Below are positions 28,444 to 36,614 of a stretch of DNA of 64,000 nt, in pieces. Within the stretch, counting starts at the first letter, position 1; every line of letters starts with the position of its first letter. This stretch comes from Bacteroidales bacterium (lineage in GTDB: Bacteria > Bacteroidota > Bacteroidia > Bacteroidales > WCHB1-69), in the NCBI GenBank assembly GCA_045598105.1, contig JAZLLK010000087.1:11772-75771 (forward strand), read 5' to 3'. Below the pieces are notes generated by a model. It did not search any database. It worked only from the letters and a program-made list of their open reading frames with translations, and had not been told where the DNA came from. The position numbers were made by a program, and so were the translations under genes.

Positions 28444-29307
28444 ATGAATACATTATTGGCAGGTAAGCAGTTTTTGCAGGAGCACAGCATTATAGTATGT
28501 GGTATTATACGTAATGGCGAAATAGGGTTAAAAAAGAACATACCTGTAATAAATGCCTTGTGCGATACTGCTAAGCAGTATGATGTAATCATATTTGAAA
28601 ATGACAGTACTGACCACACCAAGCAAATACTTACCCAATGGAGCAAAGAACGGGAAAGGATACATGTGAGTATGGAAGATTTTCATACACAAACTATTCC
28701 TTCACAAAAGAGCACCAAGGCAAATAGATTTTTTTCACACATGCGTATCAGTAAAATGGCCGGTTATAGGAATCAGTATTTAGATTATATGCAAAGCCAT
28801 AATATGCAGGCTGATTATGTAATAGTGGTAGATATGGATGTACAGTATATACATTTAAATGGTATATATGACTCATTTGCCCGGCATGAGCAGTGGGATG
28901 TAATTACTTCTAACGGATATATATATTCTCCTTCAGCGTATTTTTGCAAAAGATATAATGATACCTATGCATTGGTGGAATGTGGTATGGAACATATGCC
29001 ACAAACCGAAGCTGATATAGCTGAAAAACAATATAAATGGGCTTTTTTAAAGCCGGGCATGCCGCTTATGGCAGTGTATTCGGCTTTTGGAGGCATGGCT
29101 ATATATAAGTATGAAGCCATAAACGGGTGCAGATATGAAGTATTGCCTAATAATGATGAAAAAGTGGAGGTAAGATGTGAGCATTATGCCCTGTGCAGGC
29201 AAATGCATGATAAAGGATACGGGAGAATATTCATTAATCCCGGCATGACTATACGTTACAGGCCTTATATGTATGACAGATTATATAAAATAATACACAA
29301 ACAATAA
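28444..29307 (+). CDS. Hypothetical protein, possible GT-A-type glycosyltransferase
   Basis: Only weak motif evidence: VIIFENDSTDHT, VVDMD. 2-nt gap to the upstream gene. Confidence 0.3.
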   Translation: MNTLLAGKQFLQEHSIIVCGIIRNGEIGLKKNIPVINALCDTAKQYDVIIFENDSTDHTKQILTQWSKERERIHVSMEDFHTQTIPSQKSTKANRFFSHMRISKMAGYRNQYLDYMQSHNMQADYVIVVDMDVQYIHLNGIYDSFARHEQWDVITSNGYIYSPSAYFCKRYNDTYALVECGMEHMPQTEADIAEKQYKWAFLKPGMPLMAVYSAFGGMAIYKYEAINGCRYEVLPNNDEKVEVRCEHYALCRQMHDKGYGRIFINPGMTIRYRPYMYDRLYKIIHKQ

Positions 29308-29329
29308 GAATAAGCACAAAAAAAAGTGC

Positions 29330-29337
29330 TATCTTTG
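29330..29337 (+). promoter_or_regulatory. -7 box TAtcTTTG
   Basis: 49 nt upstream of the ATG at 29386. Confidence 0.5.
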
Positions 29338-29385
29338 CCAATTCAAAAAAAGAATAATAAAGTAAAAATATAATAAACATTAAAT

Positions 29386-30591
29386 ATGAAAAAATTTGAT
29401 CCGGCTACAGCGATTAATGCTGTACAAAGTTTGAGTGCAGAAAGAGGTGTTAACCCTTCTATTAATGATTCAGCCACCTTTACATTCCCTCATGGACAAA
29501 CCATGACCGATACTTTCCATGGTGAAACGGAAGGATATTATTTATATTCCCGTCATTGGAATCCCAGTAATATGTCATTATGTACTGCTTTGGCTGCTAT
29601 GGAAGGCACTGAAGCTGCATGGGCTACAGGTAGTGGTATGGCTGCTATTACATGTGCATTATTACATTGTGTAAAACAAGGTGATCACATAGTAGCCAGT
29701 ATGACAGTATATGGCGGTACATTTGCATTTTTGAATAATTATATCAAGCGTTTTGGTGTAGAAGTTACATTTGTAGATACTACTAATTTGGCACAGGTAA
29801 AAGCTGCCTGTAAAGCCAACACCAAGGTGATATATACCGAAACCATGTCTAATCCTTTGTTAAGAATATGTAATGTAGGTGAATTGAGAAAAATAGCCGA
29901 TGAATGTGGTGCAAAACTCATAGTGGATAATACTTTTACTCCTATGATATTCTCACCTTACCGTTTGGGTGCACACATAGTGGTATATTCTATGACAAAA
30001 TTCATTAATGGTAAGAATGACTGTGTAGCCGGTGCTATATGTGCCGATGCCGAATTCATTAACGGTTTAATTAATGTAAATGACGGTACTGCTATGTTGT
30101 TAGGTCCGGTATTGGATTCTTTCCGTGCTACTTCTATACTTAAAAACTTATATACTTTGCATATACGTATGCAGCAGCACAGCCGCAATGCTATGTATTT
30201 AGCAGAAAAATTTAATTCGGTAGGAATTAAAGCCAACTATACCGGTCTTCCTTCACATGTGGATCACAAATTGATGAAAAAACAAATGAATCCTCAATTC
30301 GGTTTTGGCGGTATGATAGCTATAGACCTTGGCACAGCTGAAAACGCTAATAAATTCATGGAAGCTATGCAAAAAGAAGGTATAGGTTACTTAGCCGTAA
30401 GTTTGGGTTATTTCCGCACCTTGTTCTCCTGCTCGGGTAAATCCACTTCTTCTGAAGTTCCTGAAGAATTTCAAAAAACCATGGGTATGAGTGAAGGTTT
30501 GGTACGTTTCTCTGTAGGCTTGGATAATGACATAGAAGATACTTTTAACCGTATGGCCAAAATATTGAAAAAAGAAGGTTTTATAAAATAA
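29386..30591 (+). CDS. Cys/Met-metabolism PLP-dependent enzyme (methionine gamma-lyase / cystathionine synthase family)
   Basis: YSRHWNPS and the PLP-lysine context VVYSMTKFINGKND. 401 aa. Confidence 0.75.
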   Translation: MKKFDPATAINAVQSLSAERGVNPSINDSATFTFPHGQTMTDTFHGETEGYYLYSRHWNPSNMSLCTALAAMEGTEAAWATGSGMAAITCALLHCVKQGDHIVASMTVYGGTFAFLNNYIKRFGVEVTFVDTTNLAQVKAACKANTKVIYTETMSNPLLRICNVGELRKIADECGAKLIVDNTFTPMIFSPYRLGAHIVVYSMTKFINGKNDCVAGAICADAEFINGLINVNDGTAMLLGPVLDSFRATSILKNLYTLHIRMQQHSRNAMYLAEKFNSVGIKANYTGLPSHVDHKLMKKQMNPQFGFGGMIAIDLGTAENANKFMEAMQKEGIGYLAVSLGYFRTLFSCSGKSTSSEVPEEFQKTMGMSEGLVRFSVGLDNDIEDTFNRMAKILKKEGFIK

Positions 30592-30612
30592 TTATAAGTA
30601 TCCCGATTCATA

Positions 30613-30647
30613 ATTAGAGACTGTTTTGGCAGTCTCTAATTGTTTTA
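30613..30647 (+). terminator. Intrinsic terminator
   Basis: ATTAGAGACTG-ttttgg-CAGTCTCTAAT followed by TGTTTTA. Confidence 0.65.
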
Positions 30648-30711
30648 TATTGTAAATCAAAGGTAAACGTATTTGTCAAAAGTATATCACTATAAATAAA
30701 GAGAAATATGT

Positions 30712-30719
30712 TAACTTTG
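30712..30719 (+). promoter_or_regulatory. -7 box TAacTTTG (R-M islet)
   Basis: 16 nt upstream of the ATG at 30735. Confidence 0.55.
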
Positions 30720-30734
30720 CAGCAAAAAAACAAT

Positions 30735-31591
30735 ATGGAATTTTGAAATATTAAAACAGAACAGAAATTTTTTAAAGAAGCATTAAAAAGTTGGGCTTCT
30801 CCCGAACAATTATTTTATAAATTAAAGCAAGGATATATGCATATGTTCCTAAAGGAGCGGATGTAGAAGGAAAAACATTACAATCCAGAAATTCTTTGAT
30901 AGGTCATTATACGGAACAATGGTGTAAAGCATTAATGGAACCTATAGCACGTAAATATGGGTTATATACTATTAATGGCGTAATATGCGAAGAAATAGGG
31001 TTAACTAAAACATCAAGTGCAGATTTGGCTTTTTGTACAAAGAATAAAATAACGCAGGAGGCAAAAGATATAAAAATAATATTTGAGATAAAAATGAGTA
31101 TTGTCTCAAATTATGAGTATATTCGTAAAAGTGTTAATTACATTGGTGATTATAAAACTCATAAAGGGACCCCGTCGTTATTAAGATCAGATAGTATGTT
31201 GAAAGCAATAGGAAAGGCTATTAACATAAGAGTTTCCGGTAGAGAAAGTGTAAAAATTCCAATAGTAATATTAGGAAATTCTCCAATAACAGAGAATTAT
31301 TTTAAAAAAGTTGATTACTTAAGAGAAAATGGAGTAATACAATATTTTTTATCTTTAAATCCACAACCAACTACAGGTATATTTATAGAACGTAGTCCGA
31401 ATAATGCGTTTATAACAGTTAAGACAGAAAAAGCATTAGAAAACATATGTAAAGAATTATTAAATAGCGATTTATACTATTTTTCATCAATGATAAGTAA
31501 AAAATCATTAGGATCAATTATAAAAACAGCAAGTAAAGAAACAACAGACATTGCCAGAGCGAATAAGTTTTTATCATTAATCAATGCATAA
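30735..31591 (+). pseudogene. PD-(D/E)XK restriction endonuclease gene, apparently disrupted at the 5' end
   Basis: The ATG at 30735 sits right behind the promoter, but codon 4 is TGA (30744-30746). The same frame then reads NIKTEQKFFKEALKSWASPEQLFYKLKQGY to a TAG at 30864. The long ORF (track 30896-31591, TTG start) is in another frame that is open from 30821. A candidate catalytic D..EIK motif is present (ADLAF...IIFEIKMS). Confidence 0.5.
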
Positions 31592-31593
31592 AT

Positions 31594-32499
31594 ATGGAAG
31601 AACCATTTAATAAAAAAGGCACCGAAACAAGTTCGTTTGGGACCAAAGGGAGAATTAATCATAATTCCGAAAAATTTTATAATTCAAAATTATATTCTCA
31701 AATTACTCAGGTTAATGTGGAGGACAAACGGGAAAATATGGTTCCTGATGCATATGTAAACAGGTTTATATTGGGTACGGCAGAGCAAATGAAAGAAATC
31801 CCCAATAATTCTATTCATTTAATGATTACTTCACCTCCTTATAATGTATCCAAAGAATATGATGATGATTTGTCATTGGAAGAATATTTAAATTTATTGG
31901 AAAATGCATTTAAAGAAACATATAGAGTACTCGTAAATGGAGGGAGAGCATGTATTAATATAGCAAATGTAGGAAGAAAACCATATATTCCGTTATCGGA
32001 CTATATTTCACGAATAATGATAGGAATAGGATATAATATGCGAGGAGAAATAATATGGAATAAAGCGGCGAGTGCAAGTCCTTCAACAGCATGGGGGAGT
32101 TGGCAAAGTGCAGCAAATCCTATATTAAGAGATATACATGAATATATATTAGTATTTTCAAAAGGTGATTATAAAAGGGAAAAAGGCAGGAAAGAGAACT
32201 CAATAACAAAAGAACAATTCATGGAATGGACAAAGTCAATATGGACCATGAAAGCGGAAAGTGCTAAAAGGATAGGTCATCCGGCACCTTTTCCGGAAGA
32301 ATTACCATACAGACTTATACAAATGTATTCATATGTAGGTGATGTAGTGTTAGATCCGTTTATGGGAAGTGGAACCACTGCGGTAGCAGCGTTGAATAGT
32401 AACAGAAGGTTTGTAGGATATGATACTAATAGTGATTATATAGCATTGGCAAATAAAAGAATAGAATATTATTTAAAACAAGGAAAAATAAATTTATAG
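31594..32499 (+). CDS. DNA methyltransferase, beta-class N4/N6 family (SPPY motif, likely N4-cytosine)
   Basis: Motif IV SPPY (31831-31842) precedes motif I DPFMGSGTT. HPAPFPEELP is typical of the N6_N4_Mtase family. Confidence 0.85.
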   Translation: MEEPFNKKGTETSSFGTKGRINHNSEKFYNSKLYSQITQVNVEDKRENMVPDAYVNRFILGTAEQMKEIPNNSIHLMITSPPYNVSKEYDDDLSLEEYLNLLENAFKETYRVLVNGGRACINIANVGRKPYIPLSDYISRIMIGIGYNMRGEIIWNKAASASPSTAWGSWQSAANPILRDIHEYILVFSKGDYKREKGRKENSITKEQFMEWTKSIWTMKAESAKRIGHPAPFPEELPYRLIQMYSYVGDVVLDPFMGSGTTAVAALNSNRRFVGYDTNSDYIALANKRIEYYLKQGKINL

Positions 32500-32503
32500 C
32501 ATA

Positions 32504-33694
32504 ATGTTCACAATAGAAAAAACAGTTATACCTCATGTAAAGCACACCATAGTGGTGGCTTCAGGTAAGGGTGGTGTAGGCAAGTCCACCGTGTCGGCCT
32601 CGTTGGCCATAGCGTTAGCACGTAAAGGGCACAAAACAGCTTTAGTAGATGCTGATATATACGGACCTTCAGTGCCTAAAATGTTTGGTTTGGAAAATGA
32701 GCAGATAATGGCTCACACTGTAGGAGAGGAAGATATAATGATACCTATGGAACGGTATGGGGTAAAACTCAATTCGGTAGGTTTTATAGCAGATCCTCAT
32801 CAGGCGGTAATATGGAGGGGCCCGTTGGCTGCCAATGTAATGGGGCAGTTATTTACCAAAACCGAATGGGGAGAAACAGATTATATGGTAATAGATTTTC
32901 CTCCGGGAACAGGTGATATACAGTTATCGGCTTTACAGCAGTACAAAATAGATGCTGCTATTATAGTAACCACTCCGCAAATATTATCGGTAAATGATGC
33001 CCGTAAGGGAGCAGATATGTTTTCGGCACAAAAATTGAATATTCCCTTATTGGGCATAGTGGAAAACATGAGTTGGTTCACTCCTGCAGAGCATGCTAAT
33101 GAAAAGTATTACATATTCGGACAGGGAGGAGGTAGCACATTGGCCCGGGAATTCAATACTACGTTATTGGCCCAAATACCATTAATAAAAGAAGTGGGTG
33201 AGGCTACAGAAGAAGGCAATAATATATTGGATAAGAATAATGAATGTATTAATAATATATTCAGCCAAATGGCAGATTATGTAGTAAAAGCATTGGATGA
33301 TCCTATGTTTACCCGTCATAATGGTAATGTAAAAATAGCCGTACCTACAGTAAATGGTATGGTAGATGATCATTTTGGTCATTGTGACCATTATACTATA
33401 TTTGAAGTAGATGACAACAGGCAAATAGTAGGAGAGGAAACATTGTCTGCCGGCACAGGTTGCGGATGCAAATCGGGTATAGTTTTAGATTTACGTCAAA
33501 AAGGAGTAAGTATAATGTTAGCCGGTAATATGGGTGACGGAGCCAGGGATGTGCTCACGGCCAACGGCATACATGTAATACGCGGTTGTAGTGGAAACAT
33601 ACACCAATTAATTAACGATTATATGGCCGGTAAAATACATGATTGTGGTGTGGGATGCAGTTCACATGATTGTGATTCACATCAATGTCATTAG
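32504..33694 (+). CDS. Mrp/NBP35 (ApbC) family ATPase fused to a NifX/NifB-like domain with a Cys/His-rich tail
   Basis: Deviant Walker A ASGKGGVGKST and ENMSWF. The C-terminal KIAVPTVNGMVDDHFGHCDHYTIFEVDD resembles the Nitro_FeMo-Co fold, and the tail reads HDCGVGCSSHDCDSHQCH. Confidence 0.8.
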   Translation: MFTIEKTVIPHVKHTIVVASGKGGVGKSTVSASLAIALARKGHKTALVDADIYGPSVPKMFGLENEQIMAHTVGEEDIMIPMERYGVKLNSVGFIADPHQAVIWRGPLAANVMGQLFTKTEWGETDYMVIDFPPGTGDIQLSALQQYKIDAAIIVTTPQILSVNDARKGADMFSAQKLNIPLLGIVENMSWFTPAEHANEKYYIFGQGGGSTLAREFNTTLLAQIPLIKEVGEATEEGNNILDKNNECINNIFSQMADYVVKALDDPMFTRHNGNVKIAVPTVNGMVDDHFGHCDHYTIFEVDDNRQIVGEETLSAGTGCGCKSGIVLDLRQKGVSIMLAGNMGDGARDVLTANGIHVIRGCSGNIHQLINDYMAGKIHDCGVGCSSHDCDSHQCH

Positions 33695-33712
33695 TATAAA
33701 AGAATATATGAT

Positions 33713-33742
33713 AAAAAGGCAGCCGAAAGGTTGCCTTTTTTT
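33713..33742 (+). terminator. Intrinsic terminator (GAAA tetraloop)
   Basis: GGCAGCC-gaaa-GGTTGCC followed by TTTTTTT. Confidence 0.7.
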
Positions 33743-33830
33743 GTGTGAAAAACAGCTATAAAAAATAATTTCATTTTTTTACAATAGAAATAAAACCTTT
33801 ACGTTATAAATGAAAATATAGAGGTAAAAT

Positions 33831-34454
33831 ATGTCAAAGGTACGCATAAAAGTAAAGGATGTAATAGATTCGGGAGTAAGCTATTCTTATATGTTATTGA
33901 TGCAAACTTTTGATGAAAAAACCATTTTTCCTATTTTTATTTCCAATAAAGATGCTGATAGTTTTATAGAGGTGATAAAGGATATTCACTTTAAGCGTCC
34001 GCAAACGCACGTATTACTCATGGATTTTTTTGACAGATTTGGGGTAAAGGTGCAGGAGGTGTATATACATAAATTGCAGGAAGGTGTATTTTATTCCACT
34101 ATATATTGTGTGCAGAATGGTGAAGTACATGAATTTGACGCTCGTCCGTCAGATTCCATTATATTGGCACTTAAAAGTGATGCTCCTGTATATATTCATT
34201 CGGACATAATAGAAAATGTGGGTCGTCCGTCACAGGAGGTGATAAAGGAATTGTCAATGCAGGAGGATATATCAGAAGAGGATTATTTTCCTAATGATGA
34301 CCATGAAGATATAGAAGTAAATACAGATGCTTTTTCAAATGAAGAATTGGAAGCCATGCTGGAGGATGTGGTGTCGGTAGAAGATTATGAAACGGCATCA
34401 AAAATACGGGATATATTATTAACCCGTAAAAAGCAGGCGGGAGAGGCCGAATAA
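33831..34454 (+). CDS. Bifunctional nuclease (DUF151) with C-terminal UVR motif
   Basis: PIFISNKDADSF...ARPSDSIILAL core and a C-terminal EDYETASKIRD UVR-like helix. Confidence 0.7.
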   Translation: MSKVRIKVKDVIDSGVSYSYMLLMQTFDEKTIFPIFISNKDADSFIEVIKDIHFKRPQTHVLLMDFFDRFGVKVQEVYIHKLQEGVFYSTIYCVQNGEVHEFDARPSDSIILALKSDAPVYIHSDIIENVGRPSQEVIKELSMQEDISEEDYFPNDDHEDIEVNTDAFSNEELEAMLEDVVSVEDYETASKIRDILLTRKKQAGEAE

Positions 34455-34474
34455 AGTCAGGGGGAGTAGGAGTA

Positions 34475-35311
34475 ATGATAAATTCTATTATAGCCGCTGA
34501 TGAAATATCACATCAAATACCTTATGTAAGTGCGCAGGATAGTATTTCTGTTTCCGCAAGTGATACTTTGCGTGATGCGTTATTTATTCATCCACATGGT
34601 AATGACACATTAGTGCAACAGGCAAAGGCTTTTTTTATTCACAATGCTCCATGCTATATACCTAAGAATAAAGAGGTTATTCCTTTAGATATATTCTTTA
34701 TATTGTCATTGATATTGTTAATATGTGTAGCTATATTACGGGTGTCAGTGGCAAATGATGAAAACTGGTCTTTTTTTTCTAAGCAGAGCAGTTCTTTATC
34801 TTCCAATAAAGTATTATTTTCATCTTTGCGGCTAATTCCGTCCATATTGATAATTATATCAGGTTATACGCTTATAACAGGCTATACTATGGGTTTATGG
34901 TATATGTCGGCCAATTATTTATTAGGTATATCATTATTATTGGTGGTAGTATATATGGTGTTTTATTATGTTATTATGTTGTTATCGGGTTATATATTCA
35001 GTTGGGCGGAGCAAACAGGTTTGTATTTAAAGAAAGCAACCATTTTTCGATTCATATTGGCAGTAGTATTGTTTCCTATAGTATTTATATTTAATTATAT
35101 GAATATATATATAAATAGTGTATGGAAAATAGTGTTAGGTGTGGCATTAGTGAGTGTTTTATTATATAAAGGATACTTATATATAAGTATTTTTAGTAAA
35201 AAGATGCGATGGTATGAGATTTTTTTGTATTTTTGCACAATTGAAATATTGCCATTAGCAATATTTATAAAATTTTGTAGCGGTCAGCTACACAGGTCTT
35301 TAATAATATAA
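34475..35311 (+). CDS. DUF4271-like polytopic membrane protein
   Basis: Multiple TM helices. Its position upstream of hemD is typical of Bacteroidota. Confidence 0.5.
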   Translation: MINSIIAADEISHQIPYVSAQDSISVSASDTLRDALFIHPHGNDTLVQQAKAFFIHNAPCYIPKNKEVIPLDIFFILSLILLICVAILRVSVANDENWSFFSKQSSSLSSNKVLFSSLRLIPSILIIISGYTLITGYTMGLWYMSANYLLGISLLLVVVYMVFYYVIMLLSGYIFSWAEQTGLYLKKATIFRFILAVVLFPIVFIFNYMNIYINSVWKIVLGVALVSVLLYKGYLYISIFSKKMRWYEIFLYFCTIEILPLAIFIKFCSGQLHRSLII

Positions 35312-35321
35312 TAGTAGAACT

Positions 35322-36095
35322 TTGAAGATAAAAAAAATATTATTTTCGCAGCACAAACCTGCAAACATAGATAAGAGTACGTATGCAGAGTTGGATAAAA
35401 AGTATGGAGTGAAGATAGATTTCTTCAAGTTCTTCTCTATAGAGGAAATACCTTATTCCGAATTTAAAAAAAGCCACATTAATATATTGGAATATTCGTC
35501 GGTAATAATGACGAGTAAGAATGCGGTGGATCATTTTTTTCGTATAGCTACAGCGGGTAAAATAGAGTTACCCATTAATACCAAGTATTTTTGTTCTAAT
35601 CAGTCCATAGCATTATATTTACAAAAATATGTTACGTATCGTAAGCGTAAAATATTTTTCCCTGAAGATGCTACTATAGTTTCATTGGTGGAAGAAATAG
35701 CTAATAATCATGCCGAGGATAAGTTTTTGGTACCGTGTTCGGCTGATTCCAGTTTGAATCAGTTATTAGAGCATTTAGATGCCAAAAGGAGCATTAAATA
35801 TACGCGGGCGGAAATGTTCAAAATAGTGTTTCCTAAATTGCAGGATCACATTAACATATTTGATTACGATATGTTGGTATTGTTCAGTCCGCACGGGGTT
35901 CAGTCTCTATTCCAGAGTTATCCTGATTTTAAGCAGCCGGACAATATGTATGTAGCCACTTCGGGCAAGCGGGTATTGGAGGCGGCCACCGAAGCCGGGT
36001 TAAAAGTGGAGATATGGGCACCGCAGGAGCCTAATATTAATTCTATATTCACGGCATTAGATCAATTTTTACAGCGTACTAATCGTAGGCATTAA
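35322..36095 (+). CDS. hemD: Uroporphyrinogen-III synthase-like protein
   Basis: HEM4-like length and layout. TTG start. The call relies partly on conserved synteny (DUF4271-hemD-rnpA). Confidence 0.5.
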   Translation: MKIKKILFSQHKPANIDKSTYAELDKKYGVKIDFFKFFSIEEIPYSEFKKSHINILEYSSVIMTSKNAVDHFFRIATAGKIELPINTKYFCSNQSIALYLQKYVTYRKRKIFFPEDATIVSLVEEIANNHAEDKFLVPCSADSSLNQLLEHLDAKRSIKYTRAEMFKIVFPKLQDHINIFDYDMLVLFSPHGVQSLFQSYPDFKQPDNMYVATSGKRVLEAATEAGLKVEIWAPQEPNINSIFTALDQFLQRTNRRH

Positions 36096-36502
36096 TGAGT
36101 ACTATTGTTGATAAAACATTCCCTAAGTCGCAGCGTTTATATTCCCACACTGATTTACAATGGATGTTTTCAAAGGGGCAGTCATTTTATTTTTACCCTT
36201 TTGTATGTTACTATAATATTGTATATAACGCAAATAAGTTTGAATCTAAGGTAGCTGTATCTGTTAGCAAAAAGCGGTTTAAGCATGCGGTGGACCGCAA
36301 TAAAATAAAGCGACTGGTAAGAGAGGCTTATCGCCATAATAAGCATTTAATATATAGTACGCTACAGCATGAAAATATGGAACTTCATGTAGTATTTGTG
36401 TATACGGAGCGAAAAATACTATCGTATTACTTTATCAACAAAAAGTTGATATTGCTGATAAACAAATTATTAGAAATTTGTTCAAAAAAAAATGAAGTCT
36501 AG
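36095..36502 (+). CDS. rnpA: Ribonuclease P protein component
   Basis: Basic RNR-like region AVDRNKIKRLVREAYR. TAATG overlap with hemD. Confidence 0.8.
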   Translation: MSTIVDKTFPKSQRLYSHTDLQWMFSKGQSFYFYPFVCYYNIVYNANKFESKVAVSVSKKRFKHAVDRNKIKRLVREAYRHNKHLIYSTLQHENMELHVVFVYTERKILSYYFINKKLILLINKLLEICSKKNEV

Positions 36503-36548
36503 GAACGTAAAAAACACAAAAAACCGTCAATAAATCAATATTTTCTGG

Positions 36549-36556
36549 TATATTTG
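36549..36556 (+). promoter_or_regulatory. -7 box TAtaTTTG (secDF)
   Basis: 59 nt upstream of the ATG at 36615. Confidence 0.5.
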
Positions 36557-36614
36557 CAAACTTAAAATATAAGTAAAAATTTATTATAAAGAGTTAATAA
36601 TTAAATAGAAAGAG

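Noticed and set aside
30744-30746. In-frame TGA at codon 4 of the endonuclease gene as evidence for TGA recoding (genetic code 4 or 25, or selenocysteine).
   Set aside because: TGA is used as a normal stop elsewhere, for example in the GT2 gene at 20134-20136 and purL at 51346-51348, both with ATGA-overlapping downstream starts. No SECIS-like context is evident.
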